64,000 bases of DNA from Patescibacteria group bacterium (lineage in GTDB: Bacteria > Patescibacteriota > Patescibacteriia > Buchananbacterales > UBA6539), in the NCBI GenBank assembly GCA_041662625.1, contig JBAZSB010000002.1:85497-149496 (forward strand), written 5' to 3'. A program made the position numbers and the translations under genes. This document shows positions 17,078-25,517 of this stretch, in pieces. The notes under the pieces were generated by a model, which saw only the letters and a program-made list of their open reading frames with translations, ran no database searches and was not told where the DNA came from. Every line of letters starts with the position of its first letter. Position 1 is the stretch's first letter.

Positions 17078-17689
17078 ATGTATTACCCTAACCGGCGACA
17101 GGAAAAAAAGCTACAAAGAAAGGGTTTTAAATATATTGCCGGGATTGACGAAGCCGGCCGCGGGGCTTGGGCGGGCCCAATTGTTGCCGCAGCGGTAATT
17201 TTAAACCCCAAGGTTAAAATTAAAGGGATAAAAGATTCAAAACTCCTGCGTTCCCCTGATCGCAAAGAACTTTTTTTAAAAATTACCGAAAATGCCGTCG
17301 CTTGGGGAATCGGGGTAATTAGCCATAAAATGATTGATCAGATCGGCATCCAACAAGCCAACATTTTGGCGATGAAAGATGCTGTGAAGAACTTGGCGGT
17401 TTTGCCGGATTATTTATTAACTGATGCTTTAACAATTGAGTACAAAAAATTGCCGAACTTAGCAATTATTGACGGCGATTACAAAATTACGACCATTGCT
17501 GCCGCCTCAATTATTGCCAAAGTCAGCCGCGATCAGATTATGGATGGACTAGATGAGAAATATCCGCCTTATGGCTTTAAGCAGCATAAGGGTTATGGGA
17601 CCAGCCATCATTTTCAAATGATTAACCAGTATGGCATTTGCGAACTGCACCGTAAAAGTTTTGAACCAATCAAGTATTTTATAAACTAA
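17078..17689 (+). CDS. rnhB: ribonuclease HII
   Basis: GIDEAGRGAWAGPIVAAAV signature. Confidence 0.85.
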   Translation: MYYPNRRQEKKLQRKGFKYIAGIDEAGRGAWAGPIVAAAVILNPKVKIKGIKDSKLLRSPDRKELFLKITENAVAWGIGVISHKMIDQIGIQQANILAMKDAVKNLAVLPDYLLTDALTIEYKKLPNLAIIDGDYKITTIAAASIIAKVSRDQIMDGLDEKYPPYGFKQHKGYGTSHHFQMINQYGICELHRKSFEPIKYFIN

Positions 17690-17797
17690 TAAATTGCTGT
17701 ATAATTAAGTCGGGTATTAAATAAAAAAAATCCCTAATTCCTACCTGCCCGCCGAAGCCTCGGCGGAGGCGGGATTCCTAATTCCTAATTCCTAAAA

Positions 17798-18349
17798 ATG
17801 GTCTACGTTTCTGGTGGCAATGAGCTTTTAAATCCGACCACGATTTTAAGCCGGTTGGGAGTCAAAACCGGAGCTAAAATCGCCGATTTAGGCTGTGGCA
17901 GCGCTGGCCATTTCGTTATCCCCGCCGCCCACTTGGTTGGTTCACAGACTACTGTTTATGCAGTTGATATTTTAAAATCGGTCTTGCGTTCTGTTACCGG
18001 GGTTGCTAGACTGGAAGGAGTCAATAATATCAAACCAATCTGGTCAAATCTGGAAATCGTCGGGGCGACCAAGATCAAACCGGGCAGTCTGGATTTTACT
18101 TTGCTGATTAATAATCTGTTTCAGACAAAAAAAATGGAAAATATGATTAAAGAAGCGATCCGACTCCTGAAGCCAGAAGGCAAAATCTTAATCGTTGACT
18201 GGAACCAGGTTCCTGCTTCTTTCGGACCATCGCTGACTGATCGAGTTAAACCTGAGGTGGTAAAAAAAGTTGCCCAAAGTCTAGGCTTAAATTTAGTTGA
18301 GGAATTTGCCGCCGGCACTTATCATTATGGATTAATATTTGAAAAATGA
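17798..18349 (+). CDS. class I SAM-dependent methyltransferase
   Basis: IADLGCGSAGH motif I. Confidence 0.6.
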   Translation: MVYVSGGNELLNPTTILSRLGVKTGAKIADLGCGSAGHFVIPAAHLVGSQTTVYAVDILKSVLRSVTGVARLEGVNNIKPIWSNLEIVGATKIKPGSLDFTLLINNLFQTKKMENMIKEAIRLLKPEGKILIVDWNQVPASFGPSLTDRVKPEVVKKVAQSLGLNLVEEFAAGTYHYGLIFEK

Positions 18350-18750
18350 TCGAGTACTTAAAATACTTTTTTAACCTAAACCATTTATTCAACCTCCGGC
18401 CAGGAGTGATGCATAACCAGGCAATTATAATTTTGGCTGTAGCTTTTGGCTTACTAATAATTTTAGGAATTGTCAGTAAAGTTCTTGTGACAAAAACCAA
18501 AGATGGTCTGAAAGTAAAAGGCTGGCGGCGGCTTTTCCATCTATCTTTAACTATCGGCATCCTGGGTTTTGTTTATCTTTTTTTTGCCTGGCAAGGAGTG
18601 AGTTTGCTGGCCAGCCGGTTTTGGCTGCTAATTTTAGGGTTAACCGCTTTAGTCTGGTTGGGTTTTATTGCCAAATACCTCATGTGGGATGTGCCAAAAT
18701 TGAGAAAAGGCATTGAGGAAAAAAGAAAATTCGAAAAGTATATTCCATAA
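18346..18750 (+). CDS. small integral membrane protein
   Basis: 134 aa, 3 TM helices. ATGA overlap with the upstream gene. Confidence 0.45.
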   Translation: MIEYLKYFFNLNHLFNLRPGVMHNQAIIILAVAFGLLIILGIVSKVLVTKTKDGLKVKGWRRLFHLSLTIGILGFVYLFFAWQGVSLLASRFWLLILGLTALVWLGFIAKYLMWDVPKLRKGIEEKRKFEKYIP

Positions 18751-18791
18751 TTAGGAAGTAGGTTGTAGGAAGTAGGTTTTAGAATCAACAT

Positions 18792-18813
18792 AGCGCAGAG
18801 GTGCGCTTTTTTT
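18792..18813 (+). terminator. rho-independent terminator
   Basis: AGCGCA-GAGG-TGCGC followed by TTTTTTT. Confidence 0.6.
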
Positions 18814-18872
18814 ATAACTAAGAATTACTAAGCAACCTTAATTCTTGATTCATAATTCTTAATTCTAACCAT

Positions 18873-19235
18873 ATGACCGACAAACTCCAACTGGGCCAAC
18901 TTGGTGAAAGACTGGCGGCTGAATATCTAACCAAGAAAGGCTACCAAATTATCGCCAAAAATTACTCCACCCGGGGCGGCGAAATTGATCTGATTTGCCA
19001 AAAAGACAAAGTGATTCATTTTATCGAGGTCAAAACCCGGACTAACCAAAAATTCGGCTGGCCCGAAGAAGCCGTGACTGATGAAAAGCTGGAAAAAATA
19101 ATTATGGCTAGTGAAAAATATTGCCAAGAGTATGATTTAAATTCTGAATGGCAGATTGATATCATTAGTATCCTGATTAATCAGGCAACTAGAATTGCTG
19201 AATTAAGGCATCTGAAAAATATCGCCATTACCTGA
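18873..19235 (+). CDS. YraN-family (UPF0102) endonuclease-like protein
   Basis: GEIDLI......HFIEVKTR motif. Confidence 0.7.
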   Translation: MTDKLQLGQLGERLAAEYLTKKGYQIIAKNYSTRGGEIDLICQKDKVIHFIEVKTRTNQKFGWPEEAVTDEKLEKIIMASEKYCQEYDLNSEWQIDIISILINQATRIAELRHLKNIAIT

Positions 19236-19238
19236 TTC

Positions 19239-19267
19239 TTGACAGAAATTCGGGCTTGCTCTATACT
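19239..19267 (+). promoter_or_regulatory. consensus promoter TTGACA-N17-TATACT for nusA
   Basis: Read directly. The ORF-track TTG start at 19239 is this -35 box. Confidence 0.55.
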
Positions 19268-19364
19268 AAATTCATATTCAGATATTGATGTTTTTGGTCG
19301 CCACTGGCGGCCTTTTTTAAAAGCTCCCTACCGATCTACAAACTACTTACTACTACCTAAAAAT

Positions 19365-20774
19365 ATGGACCAACAATCAGTTGCCGAAGCGGTAAAACAA
19401 ATCTGCAGTGAAAAGGGCATCCCCCTAGAATCAGTTATTGAAACGATTGAAGCGGCTCTGGCCGCAGCCTACCGCAAAGACTTCGGCGAGAAAAACCAGA
19501 ACATTAAAGTTGATTTTGATTTAGCAAGTGGCAAATCAAAAGTTTTTGATATTAAAACCGTGGTGGAAGATATGCCCGAAATTGAAGAAATTGAAGAGGA
19601 AGAAGGCCAAGAAGCTGAGAGCTTAGAGCCAAGGGCTAAGGGCTCCGAAACTAAGAAAAAAGAGGTAGTCAAAGAAGCTCAAAGCCCAGAGCTCAAAGCT
19701 CAAGGCATTGAAGGCGAAGTTGTAGCTGAAGAAGAAATCAGGCGCTTTAACCCCAAGACAGAAATTCAAATCAGTGACGCCAAAAAAATTAAAAAAAGCT
19801 ATAAAGTTGGCGATGAAATCAAAACTGAATTAGAAATTCCTGGGGATTTTGGCCGCATGGCCGCCCAGACCGCCAAACAAGTTATTGTCCAGAAATTACG
19901 GGAAACCGAACGAGAAACTTTATACGAAGAATTCAAAAAACAAGAAGGCGAAATTCTGGTTGGCACTGTCCAAAGAAAAGAAGGCAGCTTGGTTTTAGTT
20001 GACCTGGGCCGCCTCACGGCTCTTTTGCCGCCTGAAGAACAAATCAGAAGTGAAAATTATACGCCGGGTGGCCATCTTAAAGTTTATGTTGTCTCGGTCA
20101 ACACCACGACCAAAGGGCCAGAAGTAATTGTCTCGCGATCACATCCGGAAATTGTTAAAAAACTTTTCAGCCTGGAAATTCCGGAAATTGCCAGCGGCGT
20201 AGTGGAAGTCAAAGCGATTGCCCGTGAGGCCGGCTCCCGCTCAAAAATCGCCGTTTGGACCAAACAAGAAAACATTGATCCAATTGGCTCCTGCATCGGT
20301 CAAAGGGGAGCACGGATTCAAACAATTATTTCTGAACTTAAAGGAGAAAAAGTTGATATTATTAAATATAGTGATGATCCCGCTGAATATATTGCTAATG
20401 CCTTATCACCGGCAAAAATTCTGGATATCAAAACTAATGATAACGAAAGAACGGCTGTGGCCCAAGTGGCCGAAGATCAGCTTTCGCTGGCAATCGGCAA
20501 GGCGGGCCAAAATGTCAGATTAGCCGCTAAACTTACCGGCTGGAAAATTGATATTGCTTCAGAAGCCGGAAAAAAACTCAGGGAAGAAAAAGAAGCAAGA
20601 GAAAAGAAGGAAGCGGAAGCAGAAGAACCAGCGGAGAAAGAGAAGGAAGAAGAAAAGACTCAAGAGACCGAACCGAAAAAAGAAGCTAAGGAAAAAAAGG
20701 AAAAGAAAGTAAAGAAAGAAACTAAAGAGAAAAAAACAAAAGTAAAGAAAGAAAAAACTAGTACCAAAGAGTAA
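19365..20774 (+). CDS. nusA: transcription termination/antitermination factor NusA with Lys/Glu-rich C-terminal tail
   Basis: Start at MDQQSVAEAVKQI. S1 and KH domains (GQRGARIQ, IGKAGQNVRLA). Confidence 0.8.
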   Translation: MDQQSVAEAVKQICSEKGIPLESVIETIEAALAAAYRKDFGEKNQNIKVDFDLASGKSKVFDIKTVVEDMPEIEEIEEEEGQEAESLEPRAKGSETKKKEVVKEAQSPELKAQGIEGEVVAEEEIRRFNPKTEIQISDAKKIKKSYKVGDEIKTELEIPGDFGRMAAQTAKQVIVQKLRETERETLYEEFKKQEGEILVGTVQRKEGSLVLVDLGRLTALLPPEEQIRSENYTPGGHLKVYVVSVNTTTKGPEVIVSRSHPEIVKKLFSLEIPEIASGVVEVKAIAREAGSRSKIAVWTKQENIDPIGSCIGQRGARIQTIISELKGEKVDIIKYSDDPAEYIANALSPAKILDIKTNDNERTAVAQVAEDQLSLAIGKAGQNVRLAAKLTGWKIDIASEAGKKLREEKEAREKKEAEAEEPAEKEKEEEKTQETEPKKEAKEKKEKKVKKETKEKKTKVKKEKTSTKE

Positions 20775-20849
20775 TCCAAAATAACAAAAAGAAGGTGCGA
20801 TTTATTGTTTTCACCTTTTTTTTGTTTCTTTAATTTCCTTATTTTTTTA

Positions 20850-20878
20850 TTGACTTACCCAAAGCAATATGTTACTAT
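20850..20878 (+). promoter_or_regulatory. promoter TTGACT-N17-TACTAT
   Basis: Upstream of the GC-rich ORF at 21013. Confidence 0.45.
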
Positions 20879-21012
20879 ATTTTACTGTTCTTTGACCAAA
20901 TTATTAATCTTGTTTGATCAGAACTGATTATAATTTTATTGTGGCCAGTTTTGGTCAAACAAGAGAAGTTGTGTCCAACAAACCCTACTAATGGTAGGGG
21001 GAGGGTGAAACA

Positions 21013-21549
21013 ATGAGTAAAGAGGTAAGCCCCAGAATCGTGATATGGATACTAGCGGCTATCGGGATTGGTTGCGCCGTCACGTTTATTCTCGCCCTGC
21101 GAGCCATTGTCCAACGGCCACCAGAGCCTGCCGTGACCGTGATCATTCCCGCCAACTCGGGCGCCAGCCAAGAAATGCCCCCGAAGCTCTTCTTCCGGGA
21201 AGGCTTTCCGACCCAAGAACCGGCGGTGGTCAAACTCGAGGTGCAGGATTACAAAACGGCCAACGACTCGCCCAAATACCAGGTGTCAATCTATGCTCGG
21301 CTGCGACGGGAAATCAAACCAAACCAGCCACCCCTGACACCAAGTTGTGACGTTGATGCTGATTCCGTGAGGAGTTGCGCGGCGGTCTTGAATAGCCCAA
21401 ATGAAGATGTGCCTGGCATCAAGTACGATGAAGGTTGGGTGTTCCTAGACACCTGCGATATCAACCAGGATTGCCAATGGGACATCCCGGTCCCGTTCGA
21501 CAAACAAATGATCCGGGAAGTTCGGGCCTATCTGGTCCGGCAACCGTAG
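21013..21549 (+). CDS. hypothetical membrane-anchored protein (GC-rich island)
   Basis: RBS GGGGGAGGG. N-terminal TM, four Cys in the C-terminal half. Confidence 0.5.
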   Translation: MSKEVSPRIVIWILAAIGIGCAVTFILALRAIVQRPPEPAVTVIIPANSGASQEMPPKLFFREGFPTQEPAVVKLEVQDYKTANDSPKYQVSIYARLRREIKPNQPPLTPSCDVDADSVRSCAAVLNSPNEDVPGIKYDEGWVFLDTCDINQDCQWDIPVPFDKQMIREVRAYLVRQP

Positions 21550-21567
21550 CTGGAAAGGAGCCAAGAA

Positions 21568-22008
21568 ATGACAACGACACTGATAGTTTGGTGCGCGGTG
21601 ATCGCGGTAATCATCCTTCTGACTTGGTTCGGCTTTAACCGCCGCGCCAAAGCCAACAAGGCTGATTCCCAACTTTTCGCAATCACCAACCTGCATGCCT
21701 GCAGCATCTCCACGGCAAGAGACCTGATGCCGATGTCAACGGAAGGTGTCTACGAATATTCGGCTGTACTGTCGTACCGGCTGCAAAGCTGGGCAGCGTT
21801 CTTCTTCGCCGCAACAGCGACTCTCGTAGCCATACTGTGTCTGCCTTTCGGCTGGTGGTATTTTCTCCCGGCCTGGATAGCAGCGATGACTATGCTCGTC
21901 AGCCTGATCTTCAGTGCACACTTCCTTTGGCGTGAATTCCTGCTGGATTACTCTGGCCGGATTACCGAAGGTGGCGGCATCAGACCGCCAATAACGCTGA
22001 CCGAGTAA
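21568..22008 (+). CDS. hypothetical integral membrane protein (GC-rich island)
   Basis: RBS GGAAAGGAG; 4 TM segments. Confidence 0.5.
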   Translation: MTTTLIVWCAVIAVIILLTWFGFNRRAKANKADSQLFAITNLHACSISTARDLMPMSTEGVYEYSAVLSYRLQSWAAFFFAATATLVAILCLPFGWWYFLPAWIAAMTMLVSLIFSAHFLWREFLLDYSGRITEGGGIRPPITLTE

Positions 22009-22050
22009 GGGGCAAAATAGGGGGAGGAGAATTCACACAACTTTATGGAT

Positions 22051-22077
22051 GAAGACCCACTGGGTCTTCTTTTCTTA
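22051..22077 (+). terminator. rho-independent terminator
   Basis: GAAGACC-CACT-GGTCTTC followed by TTTTCTT. Confidence 0.6.
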
Positions 22078-22086
22078 CAATTTTAA

Positions 22087-22115
22087 TTGACCTGAAACTA
22101 GATTTCTGCTAAAAT
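22087..22115 (+). promoter_or_regulatory. promoter TTGACC-N17-TAAAAT for tig
   Basis: Read directly. Confidence 0.5.
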
Positions 22116-22204
22116 TAATAAGCATTTTTTACTAATAATTTTACTTGAGAAGTAAAAGTAGCTGAAAAAACTTACCTACCTCCTACTTCCTACCTCCTAA
22201 TCTT

Positions 22205-23488
22205 ATGAAAACAGAAATCAATAAACTTCCCCGCGGCCAGGTTGAATTAACCATCGAACTAAGTATTGATGAATATCAGCCTTTTTTAGAACAGGCGGCT
22301 AAAACTATCTCGGAAGTAACGAAAATCCCGGGGTTCCGGCCGGGTAAAGCTGGTTTAGATATTGTTAAACAAAAAGTGGGGGAAGACAAAATCTGGCAAG
22401 AGGCGTTGGAACCAGCGGTGAGAAAAACTTTTTTACAAGCTCTGGATAAACAAAAGTTGCCGACCGTGGGTTCGCCAGAAATTGATGTGATCAAACTGGC
22501 ACCCGGCAACCCCGTGATTTATAAAGCCAAAGTTAATCTGCTCCCAAAAGTGGAGCTAGGTGATTTAACAAAAATTAAAGTTAGCCGCAAGCCGGTGGTA
22601 ATCAAACCTGAGGAAATCAGCCAAACAATAAGTAATATCCAAAAATCGCAAGCCAAAGAAAGCTTAGTCAGCCGCCCAGCCCAAAAAGGCGATAAAGTCG
22701 AAATTGATTTTTCCGTCTCTTTGGACCAAATCCCAATTGACCAGGGCCAAAGCCAAAATTTTCCTTTGGTCATCGGGGAAAAAGCATTTATTCCCGGCTT
22801 TGAAGAACAACTTATTGGCCTTAAAAGCGGCGAGGAAAAAAAATTCAGTTTGGAGTTTCCGAAGAATTACCACCAAAAAAACCTAGCCGGCCGCCTAGCC
22901 GATTTTAAAGTTAAACTCAATGCTGTCTATAATTTGGAATTACCAAAACTGGATGATGATTTCGCCAAAAGCCTCGGCCAGTTTCAAACCGTCAAAGATT
23001 TGGAAGAAGGGGTAAAAAATAAATTAACTAATGATGCTGAATTTCAGGAAAATCAAAGGTTAGAAGAAGAAATTATCGATGCCATCATTAATCAAAGTAA
23101 ATTTGATGATATCCCTGATCTTCTAATTAATACTGAAACAAAAAAAATGCTGGAGGAATTAGAACAAAGCATCAGCCAAAACGGACTTAAATTTGAAGAT
23201 TACTTAAGCCATCTTAAAAAAACCCAAGACGAGTTACTGCTGGATTTTGTGCCCCAAGCAATTAAACGGGTGAAAGGGGCTTTAATCCTCCGCCAGGCAG
23301 GCGAACTAGGTAAAATTCAAGCGACCGAAGAAGATATTGCCGAAGAAATCAAACAAACCAAAGTCTTATATCAAAATAATCCCGAAATTAGTAAACAAAT
23401 TGATAGCCCGGCTTATCACCAATACCTAAAGAATATCCTGACTGGCCGAAAAACTATGGAGTACCTTAAGTCGCTGACAGTAAAATAA
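22205..23488 (+). CDS. tig: trigger factor
   Basis: 427 aa. GFRPGKAG motif, FKBP-type middle domain. Confidence 0.85.
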   Translation: MKTEINKLPRGQVELTIELSIDEYQPFLEQAAKTISEVTKIPGFRPGKAGLDIVKQKVGEDKIWQEALEPAVRKTFLQALDKQKLPTVGSPEIDVIKLAPGNPVIYKAKVNLLPKVELGDLTKIKVSRKPVVIKPEEISQTISNIQKSQAKESLVSRPAQKGDKVEIDFSVSLDQIPIDQGQSQNFPLVIGEKAFIPGFEEQLIGLKSGEEKKFSLEFPKNYHQKNLAGRLADFKVKLNAVYNLELPKLDDDFAKSLGQFQTVKDLEEGVKNKLTNDAEFQENQRLEEEIIDAIINQSKFDDIPDLLINTETKKMLEELEQSISQNGLKFEDYLSHLKKTQDELLLDFVPQAIKRVKGALILRQAGELGKIQATEEDIAEEIKQTKVLYQNNPEISKQIDSPAYHQYLKNILTGRKTMEYLKSLTVK

Positions 23489-23494
23489 AGGGTT

Positions 23495-23995
23495 ATGAAA
23501 ATTGCTATTGTCTCTGACTCTCATGATAATCTGCCCAACATTGAAAAAATGTTAGATTTTGTTAATAAAAATGAGATTAAAATAATAATTCATTGCGGTG
23601 ACTTGGCCGCGCCTTCAATTATCATCGAGGAATTAGGACCTAAGTTTAAAGGTCCGATTCATTTTGTCCATGGTAATGTCGCGGACCGGGAATTGAACGA
23701 CAAATTTGCCAAAGATTTTTCTCAAGTTACTTCACATGGCGAGCTGGGCGAGCTGGAAGTTGACGGCAAAAAAATTGCTTTCTGCCATTACCCAGATCAA
23801 GCCAAAGAATTGGCCCAAAGCGGCAAATATGATTTGGTTTTTTACGGCCACAATCATACGCCCTGGGAAGAAATGATTGGCAAAACAAAAATGTTAAACC
23901 CCGGAACTTTGGCCGGAATGTTTAATAAAGCTACATTCGCCATTTACGACACCAAAACTGACAAGGCAGAATTAATTTTATTAGAGAAGTTATAA
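23495..23995 (+). CDS. metallophosphoesterase (YfcE/MJ0936-like)
   Basis: IAIVSDSHDN...HCGDL...GNHD... motifs. Confidence 0.7.
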   Translation: MKIAIVSDSHDNLPNIEKMLDFVNKNEIKIIIHCGDLAAPSIIIEELGPKFKGPIHFVHGNVADRELNDKFAKDFSQVTSHGELGELEVDGKKIAFCHYPDQAKELAQSGKYDLVFYGHNHTPWEEMIGKTKMLNPGTLAGMFNKATFAIYDTKTDKAELILLEKL

Positions 23996-24032
23996 TAAAC
24001 TCGCTTAAGATTGCTTTTACCAGCTTTAAACT

Positions 24033-24794
24033 ATGAAAAGCTTTATCATTCAACTGGCAAAAAAAACTGGCGACCAAATTCTTCAACACTTCAACAAAGA
24101 CAGAGTCATCAGAATTAAAAAGAAATCCCAGGTTGTCACCCAGGCTGACTTGATTGCCGACCAAATTATCATTAAAAGCCTTCGAAAAAAATTCCCTGGG
24201 TACGGAATTTTGAGCGAAGAGTCGGGCCAGCATAAAACTCAATCAAAATATCTTTGGGTAATTGACCCCCTCGATGGAACAACTAATTACGCCATCGGCA
24301 GCCCTTTGTTTGCCGTCGGCATTTCCTTATTTTTTGAAAACCAACCAATTTTGGCTTGTGCCTATATGCCGGCAATGAAAGAGCTTTATTTTGCCCAAAA
24401 AGATAAAGGCGCTTTTTTAAACAATAAAAAAATAAAAGTTTCTAAAAGCACTCGTTTGGCTGAATCATTTTTGACTTTCTGCCATGGCAGTGCCAGAAAA
24501 GACATTAAACGCGCTCTTGAAGTCTATAACAAAATTAAACTTATTACTGTTGACTCCCGTCAGCTGGGTGCGGCCGCCGTTGAAATGGGCTTTGTTGCTT
24601 GTGGCCGGACCGACTGCATTATTATTCCCGGTGCCCATGCCTGGGATGTCGGCCCGGGCACATTATTAGTCAGGGAAGCCGGGGGCCAAGTCACTGATTT
24701 TGCCGGGGCGGACTGGAACCTGAAATCAAAAGACATGGTAGCTTCCAATGGCAAAATCCATGGCCAGCTGCTCAAACTTCTAAAAAATATCTAA
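24033..24794 (+). CDS. inositol monophosphatase family protein
   Basis: WVIDPLDGTTNY and GAAAVEM motifs. Confidence 0.8.
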   Translation: MKSFIIQLAKKTGDQILQHFNKDRVIRIKKKSQVVTQADLIADQIIIKSLRKKFPGYGILSEESGQHKTQSKYLWVIDPLDGTTNYAIGSPLFAVGISLFFENQPILACAYMPAMKELYFAQKDKGAFLNNKKIKVSKSTRLAESFLTFCHGSARKDIKRALEVYNKIKLITVDSRQLGAAAVEMGFVACGRTDCIIIPGAHAWDVGPGTLLVREAGGQVTDFAGADWNLKSKDMVASNGKIHGQLLKLLKNI

Positions 24795-24804
24795 AGTTCA
24801 AAAT

Positions 24805-25026
24805 ATGGACATCTTGGTTAAAGTAATTCCCCGCTCCAGCCAAACTGAAATTATCGAGGAAAGACCAGACTACCTCAAAATTCGGCTCAAAGCCGCACCA
24901 GTCAAAGGCAAAGCCAATGCCGAGCTGATTAAATTTTTGGCTAAAAAATACCAAGTTAGTCAGTCGCAAGTGGAAATCATCAAAGGCTTGACCGCCAAAG
25001 AAAAATTGGTTAGAATCTATCAGTAA
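24805..25026 (+). CDS. DUF167 / YggU-family protein
   Basis: 73 aa. KIRLKAAPVKGKANAELIKFLAK pattern. Confidence 0.6.
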   Translation: MDILVKVIPRSSQTEIIEERPDYLKIRLKAAPVKGKANAELIKFLAKKYQVSQSQVEIIKGLTAKEKLVRIYQ

Positions 25027-25078
25027 TTAAAGTTAAAAATAAAAACACCGGTCAAACCGGTCAAAAGAAAAACAAAAA

Positions 25079-25103
25079 AATCGCTAAATTTGGCGATTTT
25101 TTG
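25079..25103 (+). terminator. rho-independent terminator
   Basis: AATCGC..GCGATT followed by TTTTTG. Confidence 0.55.
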
Positions 25104-25123
25104 CTATTCTACAACCGAAACTA

Positions 25124-25155
25124 TTGACAAAGTTTTTAAATTATGCTACCATAAT
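25124..25155 (+). promoter_or_regulatory. orphan promoter TTGACA-N17-TACCATAAT
   Basis: No CDS downstream before the terminator at 25461-25496. Confidence 0.5.
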
Positions 25156-25159
25156 CAGT

Positions 25160-25496
25160 TATTTCGACCATTGAAAAATCGGCAATTTCAATCTGCTCAA
25201 AAGTCTGCAGACAGCCCAAACCGGGTCGCAACACCCTCCGCGGTGCTTATTGTGCCAAGCAGAGAGGGGGCTCTTAGTGCCTGTAGAAATTTGGATAGCA
25301 AGTAACATTTGTACCTTTCAATACAAACCTCCTTTCACTTGCTGTCCAATTTCTGCAGGCACGACAAGCACGGAGTTTGTTTCTTGGAAAATTCGGCTTT
25401 GGCTCAATTCCTCCCAGAAATAAACTTCTTGTCTGCAGACTTCTGAGTAGATTAATCAGGAAACCACTCACTATAACTAACGAGTGGTTTTTTGTT
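25160..25496 (+). ncRNA. candidate ~340-nt structured non-coding RNA (unclassified), delimited by a promoter and a terminator
   Basis: No ORF with a start context. A 13-bp long-range helix AAGTCTGCAGACA (25201-25213) pairs with TGTCTGCAGACTT (25430-25442), and there are internal hairpins. Ends in AACCACTC..GAGTGGTT followed by TTTTTG. Confidence 0.4.
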
Positions 25497-25517
25497 AATT
25501 TCAAACCTTAAGCTAAA

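Noticed and set aside
19239-19364. TTG-initiated N-extension of nusA
   Set aside because: 19239-19267 is a textbook TTGACA-N17-TATACT promoter. The NusA homology begins at the ATG at 19365.
25090-25305. 71-aa ORF at the start of the orphan transcript
   Set aside because: It begins upstream of the promoter -35 box, has no RBS and has no protein-like composition.
25160-25496. Attempt to call the orphan RNA as tmRNA, RNase P RNA or SRP RNA
   Set aside because: There is no GGGG...CCA tRNA-like ends or T-loop, no P4-type AGTCCGG/CCGGCT pairing, and no GGAA-tetraloop domain IV. It is left unclassified.
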